Source: Octopus sinensis (taxonomy: Eukaryota). From it: a DNA stretch of 64,000 bases. Location of the stretch: positions 6,200,001-6,264,000 of the forward strand of contig NC_042999.1 of NCBI RefSeq assembly GCF_006345805.1, written 5' to 3'. The notes beneath the pieces are model-generated. The model searched no databases, was not told where the DNA came from, and saw only the letters and a list, made by a program, of their open reading frames with translations. Below are positions 45,555 through 57,445 of the stretch, piece by piece. The number at the start of each line of letters is the position of its first letter. The first letter of the stretch is position 1. The position numbers were made by a program, and so were the translations under genes.

Positions 45555-45845
45555 CACTCATCTGTCTCGCTTTATGACTACGAAGATGACTCTTGAGTCC
45601 AGCTTTACTGAGGCAGGGTCTTGCACAGACACTGCATGTCAGCATCATAGGAAGACCCTTCTCATCTGGAAGTATAACAGCGATGCCCTTCCTGACATCC
45701 CTCCTTACTTTCTCATGCGCAACTCGAGATTTCTCAAAAGTAGCTGTCCCCTCATGCACAATCCTTCTCCACCTGCTACACTCAATAGCTATGCCCTCTC
45801 ATGTGTCAGGAGAAATGCAAGCATCTCTTAAGGAAGCCTTCAGCA
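45555..45845 (-). mobile_element. RTE-1/BovB-like LINE 3' fragment with a C-terminal zinc finger
   Basis: WRRIVHEGTATFE...CSVCARPCLSKAGLKSHLRSH. Confidence 0.7.
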
Positions 45846-45857
45846 AGTCCTTATACC

Positions 45858-45888
<31 letters not shown>

Positions 45889-46771
45889 AATAAATATTAG
45901 AGAATAAATCCAAATTTACAGGGAAAATCAGATTTAGGATTGAATCCAATTTTATAGTAAAATATTATATAATATTAATTAATATTATATATATATATAT
46001 AATCATCATCATCATTGTTTAACGTCCATTTTCCATGCTGGCATAGGTGGGATGGTTCAATATTCATTTGTTTATTGCCCGCAGGGGCTAAACATAGAAA
46101 GGACAAACAAGGACAGACAAAGGGTTTAAGTCAATTACATCGACACCAGTGCATAACTGGTACTTATTTAATCGACACCGAAAGGATGAAAGGTAAAGTC
46201 AACCTCGGCAGAATTTGAACCCAGAATGTAAAGACAGACGAAATACTGTTAAGCATCTTGCTGCCTTTACTACAATATTACAACAACCAATAAGTTGTGC
46301 ATGTATAGTAATAATACAATCAAGAAATTAGCATTAGCTTACCTCACTCTTTCTAAAGGAACCGTTAGGAACCTTTTGTAGAACCCTAGGGTTCTGAGGA
46401 ACCCTGATTGAAAAATGTTGCTTTAACCCTTTAGTGTTCAGATTATTCCATCAAACATAATGCCTATTGATTCCCATTGATTTGAATTAATCATACATTA
46501 TCTCATATCTTCAAGATCTTGATGGTGTAATTACTTAATGTAGAATAACATTGTAGGGTTGGTGTGAGAGCCTGGATCTTGTCAGTTTGAACATAAAACA
46601 GATTAGCTATTTTGGCCGGATATATACCCGGTTTGAACACTAAAGGGTTAATCTAATCAAATTCCATTTCCTAAAGTCTTGCTGTTCCTCTTAACGGTTG
46701 GAGAATAAAAAAAGTCCTTAATATATTTTGGTACAATTCAAAAAATAAAAAAAAACAATGAAATAACCTAC

Positions 46772-46882
46772 CAAGTACTTCTTTTCCCAATCTACTGCCT
46801 GCATAATATATTTCATCTTCTTTTTATCGTCCAAAGTCACCCACTGTTTTGTTATAAGGTTCAATATTTCGATTTGGCGAAG
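46772..46882 (-). CDS. UBTF: UBF-like HMG box A, second half: LRQIEILNLITKQWVTLDDKKKMKYIMQAVDWEKKYL
   Basis: ttttcag acceptor, gtaggt donor, 111 nt, phase 0-0. KQW..L..KKK.KY HMG helix 2-3 pattern. Confidence 0.92.
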
Positions 46883-48419
46883 CTGAAAAGGGGCAGAAAA
46901 AAGATTGCATTACATTTTCTTGTAAAAGAAAAAAAAAAGAGAAAATATTTTAACTGTGGTTAAATTTTCCTGCAAACGTCTCCACAAAATTTTGAAACAA
47001 AAACGTGGGTGAATACAGTAAAATCTGAATTTTAATATGACCATAGTTAAAATTATACAATCACACCAACTTTTTCCTGTTGGCATTGGCAAGAAAGTCA
47101 GAAAATGTAACTGTAATGACAGATTTGTGGATCTTTGTGATTATCAAAACCTCCGTCGTCATCGTTTTAACGGCCGCTTTCCATGCTAGAATGGGTTGGA
47201 CAGTTCAACTGGGGTCTGGGAAACCAGGAGGCTGCACCAGGCCCAGTCTGATCTGGCAGTGTTTCTACAACTGGATGCCCTTCCTAACGCCAACCACTCC
47301 GTGAGTGTAGTGGGTGCTTTTTACGTGCCAGGTGAGGCTGGCAACAGCCACGATCGGTTGGTGCTTTTTACGTGCCACTGGCATGGAGGCCAGTCAAGGC
47401 GGCGCTGGCAATGGTCATGTTCGGATGGTTCTTTTACATGCCACTGGCACTGGTATCACAACTACAATTTCCATTGATTTTTGATCGATTTCGATTTCAC
47501 TTGCCTCAACAGGTCTTCGCAAGCAGAGTTTAGTGTCCAATGAAGGAAAGGTATGCATAAGTGAACTGGCTACATCCCAGGTAAAGGCCACAGGTTATGG
47601 TCTCACTTGTCCTGCCGGGTCTTCTCACGCACAGCATACTTCCAAAGGTCTCGGTCACTAGTCATTGCCTCGGAAATGACAGGCATGACAAACTTATAGA
47701 ACAGAAATTACATCAGTCCCAGTTGGCTGTCCATTGTAGGTCAATGTTGACTGTTCTGTCCAGAACGAAATGCCTTAGACCAGTAAAGGCAGTTGGCATT
47801 GTCCTTCCACCAGAATGCCTCTCTGGGTCTCCCTGCCAAGTACCAAGTGGTGTACCAGAGAGCAATGGACACAGTCAATATCAAAGAAGCACTGCATAAG
47901 CAGCTCACTTGCTAGTCAACACACAATCATTGTCTGGTGGTATAGATCTTCCACTTGGCCACATTAACCTTCAACCTTGCTGGTTATCCAACATCCTGCT
48001 GTCAGAGTGTTCACCATATCCCTGGCAGAAGAGGATAAGTGGTTGCTAGCACTTGCCTAAAGTGCCACCCCAGTGTACAGATGGAAAGGGCAACTTACTC
48101 TGCCTTTTATGGCCTGTGCCACTGACATGGATGCTGCACAGTATGGAATTAGTTCTTGTAATGCAATGATGATAAAGGCTGGGGAAGGTGTCTGCTGAAA
48201 ATGTGAGGTGAAAGTTCCAGAATTTATTTGAGCAATAAACTCAAATGCGCAGGAGTGGCTGTGTGGTAAGTAGCTTGCTAACCAACCAAATGGTTCCGGG
48301 TTCAGTCCCACTGCGTGGTATCTTGGGCAAGTGTCTTCTGCTATAGCCCTGGGCCGACCAATGCCTTGAGTGGATTTGGTAGACGGAAACTGAAAGAAAC
48401 CTGTCGTATATATGTATAT

Positions 48420-49854
48420 CATCATCATCATCATCATCATTTAGCATCCGTTTTCTATGCTAGCATGGGTTGGACGGTTCTACTGGGGTCTGTGAAGCCA
48501 GAAGGCTTCATCAGGCCCAGTCAAATCTGGCAGTGTTTCTACGGCTGGATGCCCTTCCTAACGCCAACCACTCCGAGAGTGTAGTGGGTGCTTTTTACGT
48601 GCCACCCGCACAGGTGCCAGACAGAGCTGGCAAACGGCCACGAACGGATGGTGCTTTTTTATGTGCCACCAGCACGAGGGCCAGGCGAGGTTGGCAACGG
48701 ACACGAAACGGGGCGGTGCTGGCAACGGTCGCGAAACGGAAGGTTCTCTTACATGCCACCGGCACTGGTAACACATCTGCAATTTCCATTGATCGATTTC
48801 GATTCTGATCCTCACTTGCCTCAACAGGTCTTCACAAGTAGAGTCTTGTGTCCCAAGAAGGGAAGGTATGCATACGTAGGCTGGCTCCATCCCATGTAGA
48901 AGGCCACGGGTTATGGACTCACTTGTCCTGCCGGGTCTTCTCGCGCACAGCACACTTCCAGAGGACTCGGTCTCTAGTCATTTCCTCAGTGAGACCTAAA
49001 GTTCGAAGGCCGTGCTTCACCAACTCGTCCCAGGTTTTCCTGGGTCTGCCTCTTCCACAGGTTCCCTCAACCGCTAGGGTGTGGCACTTTTTCACACAAC
49101 TATCTTCATCCATTCTCGCCACATGACCATACCAGCGCAAACGTCTCTCTTGCACACCACAACTGATGCTTCTTAGGTCCAGCTTTTCTCTCAAGGTACT
49201 TACACTCTGCCGAGTGTGAGTACCGGCATTACGCATCCATCGGAGCATACTGGCTTCATTTCTTGCGAGCTTACGCATATTCTCAGCAGTCACGGCCCAT
49301 GTTTCACTGCCATGTAGCATGGCTGTTCGTACACACGCATCATACAGTCTGCCTTTCACTCTGTGCGAGAGGCCTTTTGTCACCAGCAGAGGTAAGAGCT
49401 CTCTGAACTTTGCCCAAGCTATTCTTACTCTAGCAGTTACACTTTCAGCACACCCGCCCCCGCTGCTGACTTGGTCACCTAGGTAACGGAAACTATCAAC
49501 TATTTCTAGTTTTTCTCCCTGGAAAGTGACGGAAGTTGGTCTCAGAGCATTTTCAGTGTTTATTGTTCCTGAGTATCTGCCACATACAAAAACCATCTTC
49601 CTAGTTAGCCTTCCTTTGACATTGCTGCACCTCTTATGTGTCCATAGCTTACACTTGGTGCATCTTATAGAGTTTCTACCTACACCTTTTCTACAGATCG
49701 AGCAGGGCCATCTACCTGAAGGCGTTTGTGATTTGTCTACCTTCCTACTGATTATGACTTTGGTTTTAGCTAGATTGACTTTGAGGCCCTTTGATTCTAA
49801 TCCTTGTTTCCACACCTGAAACTTCTCCTCCAGTTCTGATAGCGACTCAGCATC
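48420..49854 (-). mobile_element. 5'-truncated RTE-clade LINE with open ORF2 3' part, 3'UTR repeats and (GAT)n tail
   Basis: Open frame 49850-48919 with GLKVNLAKT, C-x2-C knuckle, FRYLG, LHGSETW, RRLRWYGHV, RGRPRKTW. 10-bp TSD ATATGTATAT at 48410-48419 and 49855-49864. Confidence 0.93.
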
Positions 49855-50110
49855 ATATGTATATATATATATATGTGTATGTGTGTGTGTTTGTCCCCCT
49901 AGCATTGCTTGACAATGCTGGTGTGTTTACGTCCCCGTCACTTAGTGGTTCGGCAAAAGAGACTGATAGAATAAGTACTGGGCTTACAAAGAATAAGTCC
50001 TGGGGTCGATTTGGTCGACTAAAGGTGGTGCTCCAGCATGGCCGCAGTCAAATGACTGAAACAAGTAAAAGATTAAAGAGTAAGAGTAAATGAAAAAAAA
50101 AAAAACTTAC

Positions 50111-50198
50111 ATGTGGAAATTTCTTGAATGCTTTTTTATAATGCGAATCTATGTACAATTTTAATGGAGTCATCGGTTTTGGCTTCGTTATTGCTTTG
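50111..50198 (-). CDS. UBTF: UBF-like HMG box A, first half: KAITKPKPMTPLKLYIDSHYKKAFKKFPH
   Basis: ataacag acceptor, gtaagt donor, 88 nt, phase 2-0. P-K-P-x-T-P HMG-box start. Confidence 0.88.
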
Positions 50199-51074
50199 CT
50201 GTTATGGAAAAAGAAATAATCTTGATTAGCAAAAATTGGAAAAAAAAAAAATAAATAAAAGGGGGGGACATACAAAACCCAGTAGATGTAGGGGTTGTGA
50301 CATTCAAGCCTTTCTCAACAATAGTGTAGTAGAAATGAAATGAGTAAATAAATTTTTGAATCCAGAACAAAGAACTTGGTTCATCTGCCACTTGGCACTG
50401 CTCCAGCTAGAAAACTACTGCCACTTTAGTCACAATTTAGGTTCCTAACACTAGCTTTTAATGATATATAAGGTACTTTACTAAATTCCTTCTTATATTT
50501 AAAGTAATTGAAAGAAACAGAGAGCATCTTAAATAAATACAGTAACGAAAGGGTTAACATCCATTTTCCATGCTGGTATGGGTTGGATGGTTTGACTGTG
50601 GTCTGGAGAGCCAGCGGCTGAACAAGGCTCCAGTCTGATCTAGCAATGTTCCTACAGCTGGATGCCCTTCCTAACACCAACTACTCTGACAGTGTAGGGT
50701 ACTTTTTATGTGTCACTGGCACAGGGGCCAGTAAGGTAGACTTGGCATCAAACACATTCAGATGATGCTTTTTACGTGCCATCAGTACGGGAGCCAGTCA
50801 GGAGGCACCAGTTTCACTTGACTCAACAGGTCTTTCTTTATAGAATAGAAAAATAGTCAAGATAAGTGTATCGGTCATCCTTATTTATCAGCTACAGACA
50901 CACCTCTCACATGTTTAGCTGTCAGTTGTGAATATGACCTGGTAGTGGGTCTCCTCTGGTTTTGGTGCTTTAGGTGGCCTAGATACCCTGCTGCCCTTCA
51001 AGTTCCTCTGCAGGCATATGATTTTTGCTCATGGATGCTGGTGCCACATAAAAAAACCACCCGTACCAGTGCCC

Positions 51075-51602
51075 TCATCATCGTTTAACATCCGTTTTCC
51101 ATGCTAGCATGGGTTGGACGGTTCAACTGGGGTCTGGGAAGCCAGGAGGCTGCATCAGGCTCCAGTGTGACCTGGCAGTGTTTCTACAGCTGGATGCCCT
51201 TCCTAACGCCAACCACTCCGTGAGTGTAGTGGGTGCTTTTTACATGCCAGTCGAGGCTGGCAACGGCCACCGGCACGGAGGCCAGTCAAAGCGGCACTGG
51301 CAATGGCCATGTTCGGATGGTGCTTTTTATGTGCCACCGGCACTGGTATCACAACTACAATTTCTATTGATTTTGATTTCACTTGCCTTAACAGGTCTTC
51401 GCAAGCAGAGTTTTGTGTCCCAAGAAGGAAAGGTATGTATAAGTGAACTGGATACATCCCAGGTAAAGGCTACAGGTTATGGTCTCACTTGTCCTGCCGG
51501 GTCTTCTCATGCACAGCATATTTCCAAAGGTTTCGGTCGCTAGTCATTGCCTCGGTGAGACCTAATGTTCGAAGGTCGTGCTTCACCACCTCGTCCCAGG
51601 TT
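51075..51602 (-). mobile_element. RTE LINE 3' end (a close relative lies at 47155-47665, minus)
   Basis: TWDEVVKHDLRTLGLTEAM ORF2 end, hairpin-repeat UTR, (GAT)n tail. Confidence 0.85.
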
Positions 51603-51669
51603 GTAAATACATATGTACCAGTACCACATAAACACACCTGCACTGGTGCAGTGTAAATGTTACCTGTAT

Positions 51670-52468
51670 CAGGTAACATGTGGTGTGCAAGAGAGACGTC
51701 TACGCTGGTATGGACATGTGGTAAGAATGAAGATAGTTGTGTAAAAAAGTGCCACACCCTAGCGGTTGAGGGAACCTGTGGAAGTGGTAGACCCAGGAAA
51801 ACCTGGGATGAGGTGGTGAAGCACGACCTTCGCTCTTTAGGTCCCACCGAGAAAATGACTATAGACCGAGACCTTTGGAAGTATGCTGTGCGTGAGAAGA
51901 CCCGGCAGGACAAGTGAGGCCATTACCCGTGGCCCCTACCTGGGACGTAGTCAGTCCACCTGTGCATACCTTCCTTCTTGAGACACATAACTCTACTTGT
52001 GAAGACCTGTTGAGGCAAGTGAAAATCAAAGAATCAAAAATCAAATCAAAATCGAAATCGATCAACATCATTGGAATTTGTAGTTTGTGGTACCAGTGCC
52101 GGTGAAAACCATCAGAATGTGGCGGTAGCCAGCACCGTATCGACTGGCCTCCGTGCTGGTGGTACATAACACCATCCGATCGTGGCCGTGCCAGCCTCGC
52201 CTGGCCTCCGTGCTGGTGGCATGTAAAAAGTACCATCCGAGCGTGGACGTTTGCCAGCCTCGTCTGGCATCTGTGTCGGTGGCACATAAAAAAGCACCCA
52301 CTACACTCTCGGAGTGGTTGGCGTTAGGAAGGGCATCCAGCTGTAGAAACACTGCCAGATCAGACTGGAGCCCGGTTCAGCCTCCTGTCTTCCCAGACCC
52401 CAGTCAAACCATCCAACCCATGCTAACAGGGAAAGCAGACGTTAAACGATGATGATGATGATGATGAT
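51670..52468 (+). mobile_element. RTE LINE 3' end
   Basis: EDSCVKKCHTLAVEGTCGSGRPRKTWDEVVKHDL...EKTRQDK*, UTR, (GAT)n tail. Confidence 0.88.
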
Positions 52469-52766
52469 CAGTGTCACATAAAACACAACTGTACTGGTGT
52501 TATGCAGAAGCACAATCTGCAAAGTGGGGTTGGCATTAGGAAAGGTACCCAGCCATAGAAACCATGCCAAAACAACTCTTCAGCTGGTCAGCAATTATCA
52601 GGCCATCCAACCCATGCCAGCATAGAAAACTGACAACATTAAATGATGAGAATGATGATGAATTGATTACTGAAAATGTTAAGAAAACGAAGGAGTTAAC
52701 TGAGTATGTCTTAAAACCCTGCTTCAAGCACAAGTTGTATTGGTCAACACAGTGTGTCATCCAGGT

Positions 52767-53600
52767 TTAACCCTTTTGTTACCCTATTCTTGTTGAGATG
52801 CTCTGTTTCTTTCAATTAATTTTAACCCTTTCGTTACTATATTTCGGACCAAAATACATCCCTCATGAGTTTCAATAAAATTATAAAATAATCATGAATT
52901 TAGACTAGTTTCATTAAACAACTTTTTTACTCATCAACATATTAATGTGATATTTGAAACATAATTAAAGAAAGGGTTCTTAATCAATTCTATAACTTTT
53001 GTTTCAAAATGACTCTAATTACAGTAAATCAAGGTTAACTGAGCAAAAGGTAAAAATATTAAAATTTTGCTTAAACATCACATTTAAATAACAATGGATA
53101 CTCTCAGCCAGCTAAGGCTGGGTTGGTCTTATGAGCCAAATAATTTTTCGGACGCCTACAACTGGGTTAGTATCAAAAGGGTTAATTATAACAAAGAATT
53201 TAGTAAAATAACTTAGTTATCATTCAGCTTAGGAACATAAATTGTGACTAAGGTTTGGTGGAAAATTTTAATTCAGAACTTATGAAAACAAGACATTTGT
53301 ACTACAGAGCCAGAGGCGGTTTCAGCCAGGTTGGTATCAAGAGTTAAGGCCTGCTTTATTCTCTCTCTTTCAACTTTAATCCTTTCCATATTTCTGTTGA
53401 GATGCTCTGTGTTTCTTTCAATTAATTTTAAATATAACAAAGAATTTAGTAAAATAACTTAGTTATCATTCAGCTAGTGTTAGGAACATAAATTGTGATT
53501 AAGATTTGGTGGAAGATTTTAATTCAAAACTTATGAAAACAAGCCATTTGTACCTCAGAGCCAGAGGCGGTTTCAGCTGGGTTGGTAGCGAAAGGGTTAA
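52767..53600. mobile_element. F2-spacer-F2 composite with a third TTAA MITE (F3, 52822-53185) nested in one arm
   Basis: TTAA junctions at 52767, 52822, 53182, 53344, 53376, 53597; CCCTTT/AAAGGG-type termini. Confidence 0.7.
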
Positions 53601-53791
53601 GGAGCTGCAAAAGGGGAAATAGACCAGAGAAAGGGTTATTCCTAAAATATTAACAGAGAGATTTATAGTAAAAGCAGAGCTTGTTTTTAGAGGTTAATTA
53701 ATGAGCTGTTGATTATTAAATATCTTAATCTATATTTGATATGTTAATTAGTTTTAGAGATTACAAAAAGAGAAAAAGAAAAGATACATAC

Positions 53792-53811
53792 GTTTTGGAA
53801 GTGTTTAATGT
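53792..53811 (-). CDS. UBTF: UBF-like 20-nt micro-exon: TLNTSK(T)
   Basis: Long pyrimidine tract + ttttcag, gtatgt donor. Phase 0-2 is exactly what is needed to join the flanking exons. Confidence 0.8.
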
Positions 53812-53901
53812 CTGAAAATAAAAAGAGGAAAAAGAAACTGTGAAACAGCAATAATCTTTAAAGCAAAGGAGATCAATGCATGTGTGTGCGTGTGTGAGAG
53901 G

Positions 53902-53936
<35 letters not shown>

Positions 53937-55147
53937 TCAGAGGGCTTATTTTTTTTATTGTTTCAACCATTATACTGTGGCCATGCTGGAGCACTGCCTT
54001 AAAAAATTGTGCCAAGAGCACCATCCGACAGTGATCGTTGCCAGAGCAGCCAACTGGCTTCCGTGACAGTGGCACGTAAAAGGGCACCATTCGAACGTGA
54101 TCATTACCAACGTCGCCTTACTGGAACTTGTGCCCGTGCTAGTAGGGTGCCAAGAGTACCATCTGAGCATGATCGTTGCCAGAGCAGCCACCCAACTGGC
54201 TTCCCAGACCCCGGTCAAACCGTCCAACCCGTGCTAGCGCGGAAAACGGACGTTAAACGATGATGATGATGACGTCCATAGGAAGAAGTGAGAAATTGTA
54301 TTTTTAAAAGCTGCAGATAAGAAAGCAGTCACATTTTGGAATGAATGAATGCCCTGATGGCTGCAAGAAGCCCTGTTTTGTCTTTTTTATGTCCAGCCTG
54401 ACAAAAAACCCTCAAGTTGTCTGGAATGATAGAATAATAAGAGGAACCTTGAAGAAGTTCTGTCACCCGGGTGGCCATATCTGGTGCTAGATGAATCAAA
54501 GCAGTCAAATCAGCCTCTAGTCACATGTTAAAGACTTAAAAAGGTAAGGATCGACTGAATCATGCAGTCATGAGCTGAGATGGTCCTGGTTGGAATGTCT
54601 CTGAACATAGGTCTGATCAAAGCTGATCGGTGGCACATAAAAAGCACCCACTACACTCACGGAGTGGTAGGCGTTAGGAAGGGCATCCAGCTGTAGAAAC
54701 ACTGCCAGATCAGACTGGGCCCGATGCAGCCTTCTGGCTTCCTAGACCCCAGTTGAACCGTCCAACCCATGCTAGCATGGAAACAAAGTGACTACAGTTC
54801 ACATCCGCAGGAAGAAGTTGCAGGAAGCGCATTGTGATCAGCAAGGTATGAACGACATCTGACAGTCTACTCGGTCATATGATCATAATGAATTAACCCT
54901 TTAGCGTTCTAATTAATATGTCAGAAGTAATCCTTATTCATTAACATCTTAAAAAATTAATCTGGTATTATCTTGTAGCTTCAAGATTTGAAAGATGTAA
55001 TTGTTTATTTTTAGAATGACATTGCAGGGTAGGTGTGAGAGTCTGGTTCTGGCCAGTTTGAGCATAAAATGAGTAGAATGTTCGGGCCGGATATACCCGG
55101 TTTAAACACTGAAGGGTTAACTCAGTTACTATCAGTAGAGAGCGAAA

Positions 55148-55526
55148 TCTTTATATATAAAAGTAAGGTTGTGTGTCTGTTTCCTACGATTTAGATTCCT
55201 AACTACTCCCACATTTTGCGGTGCAGTTTAACCAAAACCAGGTATCTTATAGTCGTGATTCATATCGAGCCCTTCTGGGTATTAGCGCATGTCTACGATG
55301 AGTCTACGATTTAAAAAAAAATTTACCATCATTTTTTTCGCTATTATATAAGGGAAGTAACTCTCTAAAAATGTCTACGATGAGTCAACGATTTAAAAAA
55401 AAGTTTACCATCATTTTTTTCCCATTTTTAATACATTTTTTTGATATTTTTTAGCTATAACTCTCTAAAAATGCTTATATAGTTATTTCCCTTACAAACC
55501 CGAGCAACGCCGGGCGATACTGCTAG
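55148..55526 (+). mobile_element. Non-autonomous Helitron
   Basis: A|TC start, hairpin CCCGAGCAACGCCGGG at 55499-55514, CTAG|T end, internal ~75-bp duplication. Confidence 0.8.
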
Positions 55527-55707
55527 TATTTTATGATTTCTTGCGAAATAGATAAAGGTTAGAAATATGTGTGAAATAAAGAGATCTGCACCAAAAAACA
55601 GACTGAACTGTTGGGAAAGTAGTGTGTGTGTGTGTGTGTGTGTGTGTAAAAGATGGGATTAAGAGCAAGAACATTGAATGAGAGGACAAAACTGGAGCTA
55701 AATTTAC

Positions 55708-55764
55708 CGGTAATATCCTGATAGCATCTTTTACGATTTCCAACATTGTCCGAATCTTGCGAAC
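55708..55764 (-). CDS. UBTF: UBF-like exon: VRKIRTMLEIVKDAIRILP
   Basis: ttttaaag acceptor, gtaaat donor, 57 nt, phase 0-0. Compare human VRKFRTLTELILDAQ. Confidence 0.9.
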
Positions 55765-56806
55765 CTTTAAAACATAAATAAATAAAAGGTCAAGCAAAAA
55801 GTGTAGAAAAAACAAAACGGTTATTATTTGCAGCAGATAATTAAATAATGAAATAATTGTTAACAAAGTTTCTAATTAGAATTGTAGTTAAGACACCTGT
55901 GCCGGTGACACATTTAAAAAGCACCGTCCAAACGTGGAAGTTACCAGCGCCGCCTGACTGGCATCTGTGTTGGCGACACGCAAAGGCACCAACCGATCGT
56001 GGCCGTTTGCCAGCCCCGTCTGGCCCCTGTGCCGGTGGCACGTAAAAAAGCACCCACTACACTCATGGAGTGGTTGGCGTTAGGAAGGGCATCCAGCTGT
56101 AGAAACACTGCCAGATCAGACTGGAGCCTGGTGTAGCCTCCTGGCTTCACAGACCCCGGTCGAACAGTCCAACCCATGCTAGCATGGAAAACGGATGTTT
56201 GATGATGATGAACTTATGTTCCAAATATTAATCGTTCTAGTGTCAATTAATTGCTTGGACCAATTTACACACAAACTACAATCTTAATCTTTACACACAC
56301 ACACACATATATGTGTGTGTGTAGGTGCAACGGCCCACTTGTTAGGGCAGCGGACTCGTGGTCGGAGGATTGCGGTTTCGAATCCCAGACTGGGTGTTGT
56401 GTATATTTATTGTGCGAAAACACCTAAGGCTCCAGCAGGAGGTGGTGGCAACCCCTGTTGTTCTCTTGTTTCTTGAGTAACGCTGCGATGGACTGGCGTC
56501 CCATCCAGCTGGGTGGAACACATACAACATAGAAACTGGGCCCACGAGCCTGGCTAGGCTTGAAAAGGGCGCATAAATAAAAATTTGTATATATACTCTC
56601 GGGGTGGTTGGCATTAGGAAGGGCATCTAGCTGTAGAAACACTGCCAGATCAGATTGGGGCCTGGTGCAGCCTCCTGGCTTCCCAGACCCCAGTCGAACC
56701 ATCCAACCCCTGCCAGCATGGAAAATGGATGTTAAACGATGATGATGATGATTATATTGAAAAAAGGGTAGAAAGGTTTTTGTGCTGTTTTGAATCGAAA
56801 ACTTAC

Positions 56807-56979
56807 TTTTGCTACAGCCGCTGTATACATAGCCTTACAGTCTTCAGGTGTGTAGGAATCAAACTGGACCCGTTCCCAAAGTTCTTCAGTTTTTATCTTT
56901 GTAGTGTCTGATAAATTGTTTTGAAGAGAAACTAAAAGTCTTAATACGTCTTCCTTTGGCCACGTCTGTTCTCGGTTTC
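56807..56979 (-). CDS. UBTF: UBF-like N-terminal dimerisation-domain exon: (R)NREQTWPKEDVLRLLVSLQNNLSDTTKIKTEELWERVQFDSYTPEDCKAMYTAAVAK
   Basis: cttgcag acceptor, gtaagt donor, 173 nt, phase 1-0. Aligns by eye with human UBF WSQEDMLTLLECMKNNL...WEKVAFKDFSGDMCK. Confidence 0.9.
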
Positions 56980-57289
56980 CTGCAAGATTTAGAAATAAAA
57001 TCTTATAACAAATACAAAGGGAAAAAAGCTATGTCTGAGTTTTCCATGTTTCTCACATCAACATTCTTGTTACTATATTTCTAACTAAAATACACACTTT
57101 TATCAGTTCCAATTAAATTATAAATTAAATCAAATATTTAGACCCGTTTTGTGCAAAAATTCTAACTTATATTTATTTATATATCAATACAGTGGTTGGA
57201 ATACACACCAGAACGTTCTTATACAAATCTAGAGTTGAATTTTTGCCTGAAAATTACTAAAATTACATGTAAATTCAATGAAACTTAAT

Positions 57290-57445
57290 TGTTCAGCATT
57301 CAGATTACTCGTGCCAGTCACAAGGCCAAACATCCCTGAAAGTTTCATCCAAATCCATCCAGTGGTTCTTGAGATATCTTGTCCACGGACAAACAAACAC
57401 GACTGAAAACAATACCTCTGCCTTTGCTAAGAAGGAGGTAAAAAG
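57290..57445 (-). mobile_element. Helentron-associated (DINE-1/HINE-like) element; second copy at about 30480-30692
   Basis: Subterminal inverted repeat ACCTCT(G)CC...AAGGAGGT, (AAAC)n tract, and GGATGGATTTGGATGAAACTT core shared by both copies. Confidence 0.55.
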
